DNA from: an uncultured Spirochaetaceae bacterium
GTDB taxonomy: Bacteria > Spirochaetota > Spirochaetia > Sphaerochaetales > Sphaerochaetaceae
Length of the DNA: 41,430 bases
Assembly (NCBI GenBank): GCA_944389985.1
Contig: CALXON010000182.1
Location: 1-41,430 of the forward strand
Direction: 5' to 3'
Below the pieces are notes generated by a model. The model was not told where the DNA came from, did not search any database, and saw only the letters and a program-made list of their open reading frames with translations. The position numbers were made by a program, and so were the translations under genes. Below are positions 1 to 8,604 of this stretch, one piece after another (the first letter of the stretch is position 1; each line of letters starts with the position of its first letter).

Positions 1-1039
1 CCTGATCGCGGGGGGATGATGACGGATACACATTCTGGAGGAAACGGAATGAGCTCAGCCCTGATTCCTCGACAAGGAAGAGGAATGTATCGATATCACC
101 ATACTTCAGCTCCTCAAGCATCATCTCAACCCTCTTGTTCTCAGTGAAGAAATGATACGCTCTCAGAAGAGCCCTGTCGTTCTGGACCTTCTCCCTTATA
201 TCCTTCATGTCTCTCAGGAAGTCCTGGAAGCTGACCTCCGCAAGATTCTTCTTGCCGTAGTACTCCGCAACCATCCTCATCTCCGGAGGAACGGCTGCAT
301 ACTCTCCTGTCAGATCGGCATGTGAACCCTTCGTGTCCGTGATGATCATTGTGTATCCATAAGATGAGAAATCGACATCAACCGGTGTGAGAACAGGATT
401 GTCGGCATCCTTGAAGTCTATTCCTACGATTCCGCCCTGTGCGCAGCATGTCTGATCCAGAAGCCCGGATGGCTTTCCGAAATAGACGTTCTCCGCATAT
501 TTTCCTATCTTCGCAAGTTCTATGGGCTTGAGTACGTCATTGTTGAAGAGGTTGTTGAAGATCTCAGCGGTGAGAACCTCTATCGCGGCGGATGATGACA
601 GTCCGGATCCCTTGAGTACCCTGGTCGTTGTGTTGGCCTGCCAGCCTCCGACCTCGAGTCCTCTCTTCACGAATGCATCGGCTATCCCCCTGACGAGAGC
701 TTCGGTGCTGTTCTTCTCCTCTTCTCTGACAGTCCTGTCCGAGATATCCACATCGACAACAGGGAAACCCTCACTGGCGATGATGACACGCATGTCATCA
801 CGTCTGGTAACAGCTCCGATCGTGTCGAGATTTATAGTTCCTCCGATCACCTTCCCGAGGTTATGGTCGGTATGGTTTCCGGCAATCTCGGTCCTGCCTG
901 CTGCGGAGAAGACCGCGGCATCATTCTTACCGAAAAGCTCCTTGTGCTTTGCAAGTAATGCTTCAAAGCGTCTGTCCATGTCGCTTTCCGTATACTCACT
1001 GCCGTAAAGGCCGGGATAGATACCGTGTAGGCTTTCCAT
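1..1039 (-). CDS. galK: galactokinase; the C-terminal end lies beyond the left window edge (about 346 N-terminal codons present)
   Basis: Not in the ORF track because it has no stop inside the window. My translation of the minus strand from the ATG at 1039 (SD GAAAGGAG just upstream) reads MESLHGIYPGLYG...AAGRTEIAGNHTDHNLGKV...KGSGLSSSAAIEV... This contains the galactokinase signature and the GHMP-kinase motif, and the frame stays open to position 2. Confidence 0.85.
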   Translation of the reverse strand, partial: MESLHGIYPGLYGSEYTESDMDRRFEALLAKHKELFGKNDAAVFSAAGRTEIAGNHTDHNLGKVIGGTINLDTIGAVTRRDDMRVIIASEGFPVVDVDISDRTVREEEKNSTEALVRGIADAFVKRGLEVGGWQANTTTRVLKGSGLSSSAAIEVLTAEIFNNLFNNDVLKPIELAKIGKYAENVYFGKPSGLLDQTCCAQGGIVGIDFKDADNPVLTPVDVDFSSYGYTMIITDTKGSHADLTGEYAAVPPEMRMVAEYYGKKNLAEVSFQDFLRDMKDIREKVQNDRALLRAYHFFTENKRVEMMLEELKYGDIDTFLFLVEESGLSSFRFLQNVYPSSSPRDQ

Positions 1040-1094
1040 ATTCTCTCCTTTCTGTGAAAGGATTCTAACATCAGAATTGAAACAGGAGAATACA

Positions 1095-2459
1095 TTATTT
1101 AAGAATTAGACGGCCGTAAAATGTTCTGAAGGCTCCTTCACTCTGCAGTATCCTGATGGCTTTCAGGACCTCTTTCTCAGTCCATGACGGAAGTCTTTTC
1201 TTCCTGAAGAGCCAGTGCTTCGCCGCCAGGGCTGCTGCCGCGTTTTCCGGCCGGATCAGCGGATGTGTTCTTACATATCTTCTTATTTCCATCTCACCGG
1301 CTCTGATGGATTTCTCTTCCAGACAGTATGAACATGCCGTGCACATGTCGTTTCCTGCCTCTTCTCCCATGGCGGCAAGGACGCCTTTCCTTATACATCC
1401 TGCGGTAAAGGCTGATCTTACAGGTGATGTATCTTTGTCAGAGAGGAAGACATAGGAATATGAAAGCTGTCCATCCCTACCGGCTCTTCCGGATTCCTGC
1501 ATGAATGATGCCGCATCTTCAGGACAAGACCAGTGTATTACGGTCCGTATGTTTTTCTTGTCCACGCCCATGCCATACGCACACGTCGCGGCAAGTACTC
1601 CGTCGGCAGAGTTCAGGAACCATTCCTCCTTTTCCCTCCTTTCCTCTGCCGGGAGCCCCGCATGATAGCACCTTGCGTCAAATCTTGAGGAAAGAACCGA
1701 GGCGAGCCTCTCGGCAAGAATGCGCTGGCTGAGAAAGATCACTGCAGGACGCATCGATGGATCTTTGAGTATCCGTACAGTCTCCCTCTCTTTTGACAGC
1801 GGAGTGATGACACGATAGAAGATGTTCTCCCTGTCAGGACTGCTGTGTACGATATGCACATTCCTGCCGCTGAAAACACTTTCCAGTATTCCTTTTCCTA
1901 TGGATCTGTCAGCGGTTGCCGTGAATGCGAGAACGATCTCAGGTGAGACCGCATTGATTATCCGGGGCAGCTCAAGGTATGACCTTCTGAATGAACGGCC
2001 CCATGTGATTGCCGTATGAGCCTCATCGATTACGATGATTCTCGTTGTATGTCTCAGGAAACTGAATTCATCCCTTTCCAGCATGTACAGCAGTATTTCC
2101 GGATTCGCTATCACCGAAGCATCCGGGTGTTTCCTGAGAAAACTTGTTCTTCTTTCTCTTTCCTTTCTCTCAAGACCTCCCCTCAGTACAACCGAAGGGA
2201 TTCCCGCTCTGTCAAAGCGTTCCTTCTGATCCGCCATAAGTGAGAGCAGGGGATATATCAGTATTGCCCGTACTCTCAGCAGCTTCAGCGGATACATGAA
2301 GCAGAGGCTTTTGCCGCTTCCCGTCGGGAGAATACCGAGAATGTTCTTCCTCTCTCCTGTCTCATAGCTTTCAAGGATGGTCCGGATGATCAGTTCCTGA
2401 TACGGCCTGAGATAAGGAATCGAGAATGAAGAGTGAAGTAAATTATAATCTATATCCAT
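1095..2459 (-). CDS. RecQ-family ATP-dependent DNA helicase (short form, no obvious HRDC domain)
   Basis: 454-aa ORF with PTGSGKSLCF (Walker A), VIDEAH (DEAH box), GMGVDKKNIRTVIHW and QESGRAGRDG (motif VI). A Cys cluster C-x17-CTACSYC resembles the RecQ Zn module. Confidence 0.85.
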   Translation of the reverse strand: MDIDYNLLHSSFSIPYLRPYQELIIRTILESYETGERKNILGILPTGSGKSLCFMYPLKLLRVRAILIYPLLSLMADQKERFDRAGIPSVVLRGGLERKERERRTSFLRKHPDASVIANPEILLYMLERDEFSFLRHTTRIIVIDEAHTAITWGRSFRRSYLELPRIINAVSPEIVLAFTATADRSIGKGILESVFSGRNVHIVHSSPDRENIFYRVITPLSKERETVRILKDPSMRPAVIFLSQRILAERLASVLSSRFDARCYHAGLPAEERREKEEWFLNSADGVLAATCAYGMGVDKKNIRTVIHWSCPEDAASFMQESGRAGRDGQLSYSYVFLSDKDTSPVRSAFTAGCIRKGVLAAMGEEAGNDMCTACSYCLEEKSIRAGEMEIRRYVRTHPLIRPENAAAALAAKHWLFRKKRLPSWTEKEVLKAIRILQSEGAFRTFYGRLILK

Positions 2460-2572
2460 TAAATCATTCCTAATTAAGACTGAAAATATTAATTAACATC
2501 GATTATTCCGGTATGAGATATTCCACATTCTTCTAATCAGTTTCATCAGATGAGATCGGGGTCATCCATGAA

Positions 2573-2782
2573 TCAGTCCCAGCTGAAGGTCAGTCTTCTT
2601 TTCTTCTCTGCACAGTCTCTGAGATAGAGATTGATGAGATTCTGATAGGATATCCCGACATCAGCAGCCTGCTCCTTGAAATATTCTATTGCATCAGCAT
2701 CAATGCGAATGGTGATCTGTTTCTTGAGCTTCTTTGTATATGGATTCTTCACACCTTTGCTGAAATCGTAGCTTTCCTTCAT
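2573..2782 (-). CDS. brnA: BrnA-type antitoxin (CopG/RHH-like)
   Basis: 69 aa. YDFSKGVKNPY...ITIRIDADAIEYFK...GISYQNLINLYLRDCA is typical of the BrnA family. SD AAGGAG is present. The ATG lies 2 nt after the brnT stop. Confidence 0.8.
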   Translation of the reverse strand: MKESYDFSKGVKNPYTKKLKKQITIRIDADAIEYFKEQAADVGISYQNLINLYLRDCAEKKRRLTFSWD

Positions 2783-2784
2783 GT

Positions 2785-3087
2785 CTATCTCCTTCCTACC
2801 AGCGTTTCATATTGCTTTCTTTCTTCATTGTTTGCTTTGCGTGCTGATATGATCCTGATTTCCTCATCTTCCTGACGATAGCAGTGGCATACAACAAGAA
2901 TCCGTAACCGGTTGCTCATTCCAATCATTACAAAACGGTCTTCTTCAATGGAATGTTCATCATCCGATATGAGCAATGCTTCTTTATCATAGAACACTGT
3001 CAGTGCCTCCTCGAATGATATTGAATGCTTACGTTCATTCGCCCTGTTCTTCTCTGCATCCCATGAAAATGAGATATCTTTATTCAT
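2785..3087 (-). CDS. brnT: BrnT-type toxin (DUF497 ribonuclease family)
   Basis: 100 aa. FSWDAEKNRANERKHSISFEEALTVFYD...RIISARKANNEERKQY matches the DUF497/BrnT pattern. SD GGAGGG is present. Toxin-first gene order matches described brnTA loci. Confidence 0.85.
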   Translation of the reverse strand: MNKDISFSWDAEKNRANERKHSISFEEALTVFYDKEALLISDDEHSIEEDRFVMIGMSNRLRILVVCHCYRQEDEEIRIISARKANNEERKQYETLVGRR

Positions 3088-3099
3088 TAACCCTCCATA

Positions 3100-3127
3100 A
3101 TTATAATTTAATTAATAGATAATTCAA
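3100..3127 (-). promoter_or_regulatory. putative sigma70-type promoter of brnTA (TTGAAT-16 nt-TATAAT)
   Basis: On the minus strand: TTGAAT (3127-3122), a 16-nt spacer containing the palindrome TTAATTAA, then TATAAT (3105-3100). The -10 sits 12 nt before the ATG, with GGAGGG in between. Confidence 0.45.
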
Positions 3128-3133
3128 TTGATT

Positions 3134-3853
3134 TCACATCAGTCCATGCTCAAGGAATGAGTAGTACTTCGCATCTGTGAAGACGATATGGTCTATCAGC
3201 CGTATTCCAAGGAGGTCTCCTGCTTTTTTCAGCCTTTCCGTAACCTCTATGTCCTCATTTGAAGGTTCCGTGTTTCCTGAGGGATGGTTGTGTGCGACAG
3301 CAACAGCGGCGGCCCTGTTCCGGATCGCATCTGCAAAGACCTCTCTTGGATGTACTATCGTCCTGTTCAGAAGGCCTATTGTGGCGACGATTGTGCCGAT
3401 GACCTCATGGGCACCGTTCAGCATGACGACGATAAGATGTTCCTGTTCCCTTGATGAATAATGTCTGACTTCCTTGAAGATATCATCAGGGGATATCACG
3501 GTACGGGGCTTTCTCTGGACTCTCCGTCTGCCGAGTTCAAGCGCTGCATCTATCGCTGATGCTTTTGCTCTGCCAAGTCCCGGTACACGCATGATCTCAT
3601 CGGCTGTCATCATGTTGTTCCTGTCAAGGTGAGAAAGAAGCTCAGCTGCGACATCACTCACATCACGGCCTGATGTGCCTGATCCGATGAGTAGCATCAG
3701 AAGCTCCTTGTCAGTCAGGGCCTCCGCTCCAAGCCTCGCCATCTTCTCCCTCGGTCTGTCCTCAGGTCTTGTCTCTTTGAAGGATCCGTATTCTGATTCG
3801 ATTATGTAGCTCATGCTTAATATACGCTTCAAGTCTGGGTTTCTGCCAATCAT
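3134..3853 (-). CDS. radC: RadC-family JAB/MPN domain protein (UPF0758)
   Basis: 239 aa. N-terminal RPREKM...LTDKELLMLLIGSGTSG (HhH region) and C-terminal JAMM motif HNHPSGNTEPSNED. The start could be the internal Met at 3814. Confidence 0.85.
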   Translation of the reverse strand: MIGRNPDLKRILSMSYIIESEYGSFKETRPEDRPREKMARLGAEALTDKELLMLLIGSGTSGRDVSDVAAELLSHLDRNNMMTADEIMRVPGLGRAKASAIDAALELGRRRVQRKPRTVISPDDIFKEVRHYSSREQEHLIVVMLNGAHEVIGTIVATIGLLNRTIVHPREVFADAIRNRAAAVAVAHNHPSGNTEPSNEDIEVTERLKKAGDLLGIRLIDHIVFTDAKYYSFLEHGLM

Positions 3854-3889
3854 GGTGCGGAAATTCTCATGATTATCTATAATTGATAT

Positions 3890-4345
3890 ATGGCGAAATA
3901 CAGGATAGGGGATGTGGCTGCCGCAACAGGACTCTCTCTCAGGACCATCAGATACTACGAGGAGGAGGGCCTGATAACGGCATCCCGGACCTCTGGCGGA
4001 CAGAGGTGGTATACAGATGAGGTCATTGTATATCTCAAGAGGATAGTGGAGCTGAAGAACCTTGGATTCTCACTGGGTGAGATCAGGAAGATCATAGAGC
4101 TGAGGGGGGAGGATGAGAGCGGCAACAGAAGACGTGATGAGCTTCTCTCCCAGTACAGGACGAAACTGTCCGATGATATCAGGAAAAGGAATGCACTTGA
4201 TGCCCATATCGATGAGCTTGAGTGGCATATACACCAGCTTGAGAAGGCTGAGGATGGCTTCACATCATGTCCCGGCTCTCTCTGTGCCGCATGTACGTTC
4301 AAAGAAAGGTGCATATTCTTCAGAACCGATGGTAAGCAGGGCTGA
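3890..4345 (+). CDS. MerR-family transcriptional regulator with a C-terminal C-x4-C-x2-C-x5-C cluster
   Basis: 151 aa. YRIGDVAAATGLSLRTIRYYEEEGLI is the MerR HTH. A coiled-coil segment follows, then CPGSLCAACTFKERC at the C-terminus. Confidence 0.85.
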   Translation: MAKYRIGDVAAATGLSLRTIRYYEEEGLITASRTSGGQRWYTDEVIVYLKRIVELKNLGFSLGEIRKIIELRGEDESGNRRRDELLSQYRTKLSDDIRKRNALDAHIDELEWHIHQLEKAEDGFTSCPGSLCAACTFKERCIFFRTDGKQG

Positions 4346-4371
4346 TTAACTAATTTATGAAACTGTGAAAG

Positions 4372-4410
4372 AAAAAAGCTATCTCCTTCACAGGGAAAGA
4401 GATAGCTTTT
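4372..4410. terminator. bidirectional intrinsic terminator between the convergent merR-like gene and the sugar ABC operon
   Basis: An 8-bp perfect stem GCTATCTC (4378-4385) / GAGATAGC (4399-4406), with an A-run on the 5' side and a T-run on the 3' side. Either strand therefore reads as a hairpin followed by a U-tract. Confidence 0.7.
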
Positions 4411-4425
4411 GTAAGTATAGATTAT

Positions 4426-5718
4426 TTACTGGGCTGTGCTGTTCTGCCTGTTGTAATCATCAAGCTGCAGCTGTATGAAAGCGGCCATGTCACTGACGGC
4501 CTGATCTATGTCCTTGCCGTTCTCCGTGACCTCCCTTATCTCTGACTGGTATGTATGGTATATCTGATACCCGGAAGGCATCCATATTCCTGTGACTTCA
4601 GGGTTTGATGCCAGAGTCTGATCCACGGCTGTCCTGTAGAGCGGATTCTCCTCCAGGAAGGAAAGGAATCCGGGATCCTCATAGACAGAAGCCGATGCCG
4701 GAAGATAGCCTGTGCTCTCTGCCCACATCCTCTGGCATTCATCGGAGAGAAGATACTCTATGAACGCATTGACAGCATCGGAGGATGTGAATAGAAAGAG
4801 AGCGCTTCCTCCTATGTTCACACCTCCTGTCGCCTCCTCGTCGGTCATCGGTACGAATGCCGTTCCTATCTCGAACCTGCCTCCAGTAAGCCTCTCCACA
4901 GAGGGAATTGAATCAGATGAGTTGAGCATTGCCGCAGCCCTTCCTGATGCGAATTCATTCATCTGGTCTGATGTGTTGAGGACGTAGCCTGTATCGTAGA
5001 ATGCCTTCCAGTGCTCCAGAAAGTTCCTGAATGTACCATCGCTCTCGATGAGTACTTTCCTGGGAAGTCCGAAGTGTCCGTTCTTCCCGTCAACCATGTA
5101 TGAAAGTCCCTTCTGAGCCCCGATGAATGCTCCGAGCTCATATGTCGTAGGAGTTCCGGCAAAAGCATAGCGCACGACATTTCCATCTCCGTCCTTCTCT
5201 CCCACCTTATCCGCGATTGCCGTGAATTCATCAATTGTCCTTGGAGGTGTGACACCGGCTTCATCGAATACGGTCTTGTTGTAATAGAGTATGAGGGAAG
5301 AACAGCAGAAAGGAACCGCGAGGAGGCCTCGTTCAGATGTGAAGGCCCTTACAGCTGCTGGAAGAAGCACAGAGGTGTCTATTCCCGCATCATCTGCTGT
5401 GACGAGGTAATCTGACATCTTCATATCGAGGCATGAGGTGGCATCCATGGCCGCTATGTCCGGTAGTCCGGATGATCCGGCCGCGGCCTTCACCTTCGTC
5501 AGCACATCGTTCGCAGCCCCCTGATACACACCTTCCACAGTGACACCAAGCTCCTTTCCAGTTGTTTCGTTGAAACTGTCAAGGATGCTGTCGAAGACCT
5601 GGCTGTGGACTCCTGTGAACTGATGCCAGACAGTGATTGTGTTCTCCTCTCTGTTTCCGCCGGCAGCCAGCGAGGCAAGAGCGAGAACAAGCAAAACAGG
5701 CAGAATGATTCTTTTCAT
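4426..5718 (-). CDS. ABC transporter substrate-binding protein (family 1, carbohydrate type)
   Basis: 430 aa. N-terminal signal peptide MKRIILPVLLVLALASLAAG. Last gene of a permease-permease-SBP operon (ATGA overlap with the upstream permease). SD GGAGGG. Confidence 0.8.
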   Translation of the reverse strand: MKRIILPVLLVLALASLAAGGNREENTITVWHQFTGVHSQVFDSILDSFNETTGKELGVTVEGVYQGAANDVLTKVKAAAGSSGLPDIAAMDATSCLDMKMSDYLVTADDAGIDTSVLLPAAVRAFTSERGLLAVPFCCSSLILYYNKTVFDEAGVTPPRTIDEFTAIADKVGEKDGDGNVVRYAFAGTPTTYELGAFIGAQKGLSYMVDGKNGHFGLPRKVLIESDGTFRNFLEHWKAFYDTGYVLNTSDQMNEFASGRAAAMLNSSDSIPSVERLTGGRFEIGTAFVPMTDEEATGGVNIGGSALFLFTSSDAVNAFIEYLLSDECQRMWAESTGYLPASASVYEDPGFLSFLEENPLYRTAVDQTLASNPEVTGIWMPSGYQIYHTYQSEIREVTENGKDIDQAVSDMAAFIQLQLDDYNRQNSTAQ

Positions 5719-6527
5719 GTTTCCATCCCTCCGGATGAGAGTATATCGACTATCCTCTTCCTCAGTACTCCGAGAAGTATGAGGAAGGGGAGTGTGATCA
5801 TGATTATCGCGGCAAACTGAGCTCCGTATTCTCCGGCCTCTGCGAATCCCAGCATCGAGATTCCTACCTGCACCGTTCTCATGCTCATGCGGCTTGTGAC
5901 GAGAAGAGGCCAGAGATAGCTGCTGAATCCTGTGATGAATGTCTGGAGGAAGACCGCAATGACGAAACTTCCTGCCATCGGAACGAGTATCCTGACAATA
6001 TACTGGAAATCACCGGCACCATCGATTTTCGATGCCATGTAGACATCTCTGTCTGATGAGGAGAATGCTCCTGTCAGAAGCAGAAGAGAGGAGGCGGAGA
6101 ATACAGAGGGAAGAATTATCGCGGCATATGTGTCCAGAAGCCCAAGTGACGCTATTGTGCTGTAATTGGGGTACAGAAGGGCATCAGGAGGTATGAACAT
6201 CGTTGTAAGCAGGATGATCATGACTGTACGGCTTCCTCTGAATCTAAGATGCGTGAATGCGAATGCCGCCAGTACTGAAATTACGGTTCTCAGAGCTGCA
6301 AGCAGCAGTGATGTGATCAGTGAGTTCGCTATGAAGCGGGGATAGTACCTGTTTGAGAGCGCCATCGAGTAGTTCGAAAAGTCAGGAGAGGATGGAAGCA
6401 GATGGGCATGGCTGTCGGTGAAATCGACAGGAGAGAAGAACGATGCCGAGAGTGCGTAAAGCACCGGGAATATTATCACCACGGCAAGAAGGATGAGGAC
6501 TGCTTTCTCAAATATTCTTCCAGTCAT
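5715..6527 (-). CDS. carbohydrate ABC transporter permease
   Basis: Multi-TM ORF with the EAA-type loop ASKIDGAGDFQYIVRILVPM. I place the start at the ATG at 6527 (MTGRIFEK) because AAGGAGG lies 4 nt upstream. The track ORF extends to 6545. Confidence 0.8.
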   Translation of the reverse strand: MTGRIFEKAVLILLAVVIIFPVLYALSASFFSPVDFTDSHAHLLPSSPDFSNYSMALSNRYYPRFIANSLITSLLLAALRTVISVLAAFAFTHLRFRGSRTVMIILLTTMFIPPDALLYPNYSTIASLGLLDTYAAIILPSVFSASSLLLLTGAFSSSDRDVYMASKIDGAGDFQYIVRILVPMAGSFVIAVFLQTFITGFSSYLWPLLVTSRMSMRTVQVGISMLGFAEAGEYGAQFAAIIMITLPFLILLGVLRKRIVDILSSGGMET

Positions 6528-7395
6528 TCTTCCTCCTTGATGCAATCATTGCCATGATTATGACGGCAATAATGGTGATCAGTGTCGTTATTGTCGATTC
6601 AGCCCCCCTGTTTCCGCTTCTGAAGGCTTCAAGATAGTAGTAGTACATGATGGTCTCTGTAGACCGGAAGGGACCTCCCTGTGTGAGTATCATCACAGGT
6701 GCGGATATCAAAAGGGCATCCTTTGCGGCAAGAAATACCGTGACGGAGAGCATTGTCCTGATCTCGGGAAGTTCTATTGAGATGAGAGTCCTGAGATTCC
6801 CGGCTCCATCCAGAGCCGCTGCTTCCAGTATATTCCTGTCTATTCGTCTGAATGAGGAGAGAAGCAGTATGTAGTCTATTCCGAAATCAAGGAAGACTCC
6901 GAGGAATGCAAGTACGAGCAGTGCCGTTCCCGGGCTGTCCAGCCATGCGATATCCGTATCCAGGATCTGGTTTATGACGGAGACACGACCGCGGAACATC
7001 TCGCGGAATATCAGGGAGAGGGAGGAGAGCGATACAGCCATCGGCATGAAGAATATATACTCGGCAATACCTCCCCACCTTGTCTTCCGTCTTGTCAGAA
7101 TGGCTGCAAGGAGTGTAAGCGCTGTGTTGAGCGGCAGGAACATGAGGATGAAGAGAAGTGTGTGTCTGATGCTTGCGGGGAAAGCCGGGTCGGAAAACAG
7201 GCTTATATAATTCATCAGTCCTGCGAAACCCCGTACCTCTCCCTGCTGGGATATAGTCAGAAATGATCCTGCGACACTTTTCACAAGAGGATAGAATGAG
7301 AACATCACAGCCAGTATCAGCGATGGCATCAGAAGTACATAGGCTTTCCCGTTTTCAGTCCTCATGTCAGATAATGTAAGCATTTTGAAGGGCAA
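6508..7395 (-). CDS. carbohydrate ABC transporter permease
   Basis: Multi-TM ORF with the EAA loop LEAAALDGAGNLRTLISIELPE. The start is uncertain (TTG 7395, ATG 7383 or ATG 7365), and none has a clear SD. Confidence 0.75.
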   Translation of the reverse strand: MPFKMLTLSDMRTENGKAYVLLMPSLILAVMFSFYPLVKSVAGSFLTISQQGEVRGFAGLMNYISLFSDPAFPASIRHTLLFILMFLPLNTALTLLAAILTRRKTRWGGIAEYIFFMPMAVSLSSLSLIFREMFRGRVSVINQILDTDIAWLDSPGTALLVLAFLGVFLDFGIDYILLLSSFRRIDRNILEAAALDGAGNLRTLISIELPEIRTMLSVTVFLAAKDALLISAPVMILTQGGPFRSTETIMYYYYLEAFRSGNRGAESTITTLITIIAVIIMAMIASRRKNDWKNI

Positions 7396-7645
7396 TGTAA
7401 AGGATGATATTGCAGTTAATTTCTTATTTCAGAATGAAATATGTAACATATATAAACATAACGTAAAGTTTATTTATGTAAGCTTTTATGAAAAACAGAG
7501 GAGATACTCCCAATGCATCTGACTATAATACAAGAGTTAACACTCCGGCATTTCCCCCAGAATCCAAAATTATCGATGAAACGTGATGGATAATCAGATA
7601 CAAAGAAGTTACACTTGGTCTTAGAATCGTATTTAGGAGGCTAGT

Positions 7646-8557
7646 ATGAAACCTACATTGCTTGTTATGGCAGCAGGTATGGGCTCGCGCTATGGCGGAG
7701 TCAAGCAGATCGATTCGGTCGGAATGCATGGTGAGACTCTTCTGGATTTCGGAGTATATGACGCATTCCATAATGGATATGGCAAGGTTGTGTTCATCAT
7801 CCGCAGGGATATCGAGCATGATTTCAGGGAGCGTCTTTTTGACAGGATCGCGAGGAACATGGATGCAGAGTATGTATTCCAGGACAGGACCACACTGCTT
7901 TCTGAGGAACAGGCCCGAATCTCCGCTGACAGGAAGAAGCCTTGGGGAACGATTCAGGCGATCCTTGCTGCGAAGGATGCGGTGAAGACTCCTTTCACAG
8001 TCATCAATGCCGATGATTACTATGGATGTACTGCGTACAAGATCCTCGGTGACTATCTTTCCGGTCTTTCCAATGATGACACACACCATGCGATGGTCGG
8101 CTACAAGCTGAAGAATACGATGAGCCCCTCAGGTTCCGTCACAAGAGCCATCTGTGTGATCAAGGACGGAGACCTTGTCTCCATGGAAGAGAATCCAAAG
8201 ATTGAGTTCGACGGGAATGGAAAGGTCGTGACACGCCTTCCTTCCGGTGATGTGTACCTCACAGGTGATGAGCCTGTATCGATGAACTTCTTCGGATTCA
8301 CTCCAAAGGTTTTCGAAAGCTTCATGGGCTACTGGGAGAGATTCCTCGCAAAGAACGTCGCAGAGCCGAAGGTGGAATGCCTTCTTCCTAATGGTGCTTC
8401 GGAGATGGTTACTTCAGGTGAAGGTTCGATAAAGGTCTTCACGACACCTGACAAGTGGTTCGGAATGACATACTCAGAGGACAAGGCCACAGTCATGTCC
8501 GAGCTCAGGAAGAAGATAGAGTCAGGCTATTATCCTGAGAAGCTCTGGGAGAAATAA
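7646..8557 (+). CDS. sugar-phosphate nucleotidyltransferase family protein
   Basis: 303 aa. N-terminal LVMAAGMGSRYGGVKQ (G-x-G-x-R pyrophosphorylase signature) and INADDYYG. SD AGGAGG. Confidence 0.7.
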   Translation: MKPTLLVMAAGMGSRYGGVKQIDSVGMHGETLLDFGVYDAFHNGYGKVVFIIRRDIEHDFRERLFDRIARNMDAEYVFQDRTTLLSEEQARISADRKKPWGTIQAILAAKDAVKTPFTVINADDYYGCTAYKILGDYLSGLSNDDTHHAMVGYKLKNTMSPSGSVTRAICVIKDGDLVSMEENPKIEFDGNGKVVTRLPSGDVYLTGDEPVSMNFFGFTPKVFESFMGYWERFLAKNVAEPKVECLLPNGASEMVTSGEGSIKVFTTPDKWFGMTYSEDKATVMSELRKKIESGYYPEKLWEK

Positions 8558-8576
8558 TATATACCTTGGTAGGAGA

Positions 8577-8604
8577 GGAGCCCTGGAAACAGGGTTCCTT
8601 ATTT
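8577..8604 (+). terminator. intrinsic terminator of the nucleotidyltransferase gene
   Basis: GGAGCCCTG-GAAA-CAGGGTTCC, a 9-bp stem including one G-U pair with a GNRA-like loop, followed by TTATTT. Confidence 0.55.

Noticed and set aside
522-1007. 161-aa + strand ORF, and similar long ORFs at 7523-8089 (-), 12123-12716 (+), 24760-25428 (-) and 38277-38957 (-)
   Set aside because: Each lies entirely antisense to, or out of frame within, a gene with clear family motifs (galK, nucleotidyltransferase, permease, Ldh2-family, Smr). Their translations are low-complexity, rich in Ser, Arg and Leu, with no start signals. They are shadow ORFs.
4706-4715. 10-nt match (TAGCCTGTGC) to the conserved loop, inside the sugar-binding-protein gene
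   Set aside because: It lies inside a coding region, has no TATCAATGTT box and no flanking complementary arms. It is most likely a chance match.
4426-7395. Absence of an ATPase gene in both sugar ABC loci (4426-7395 and 10214-13646) as a sign of degradation
   Set aside because: CUT1-family carbohydrate ABC systems commonly rely on a shared ATPase (MsmK/MsiK type) encoded elsewhere. All six genes are intact with good SDs.
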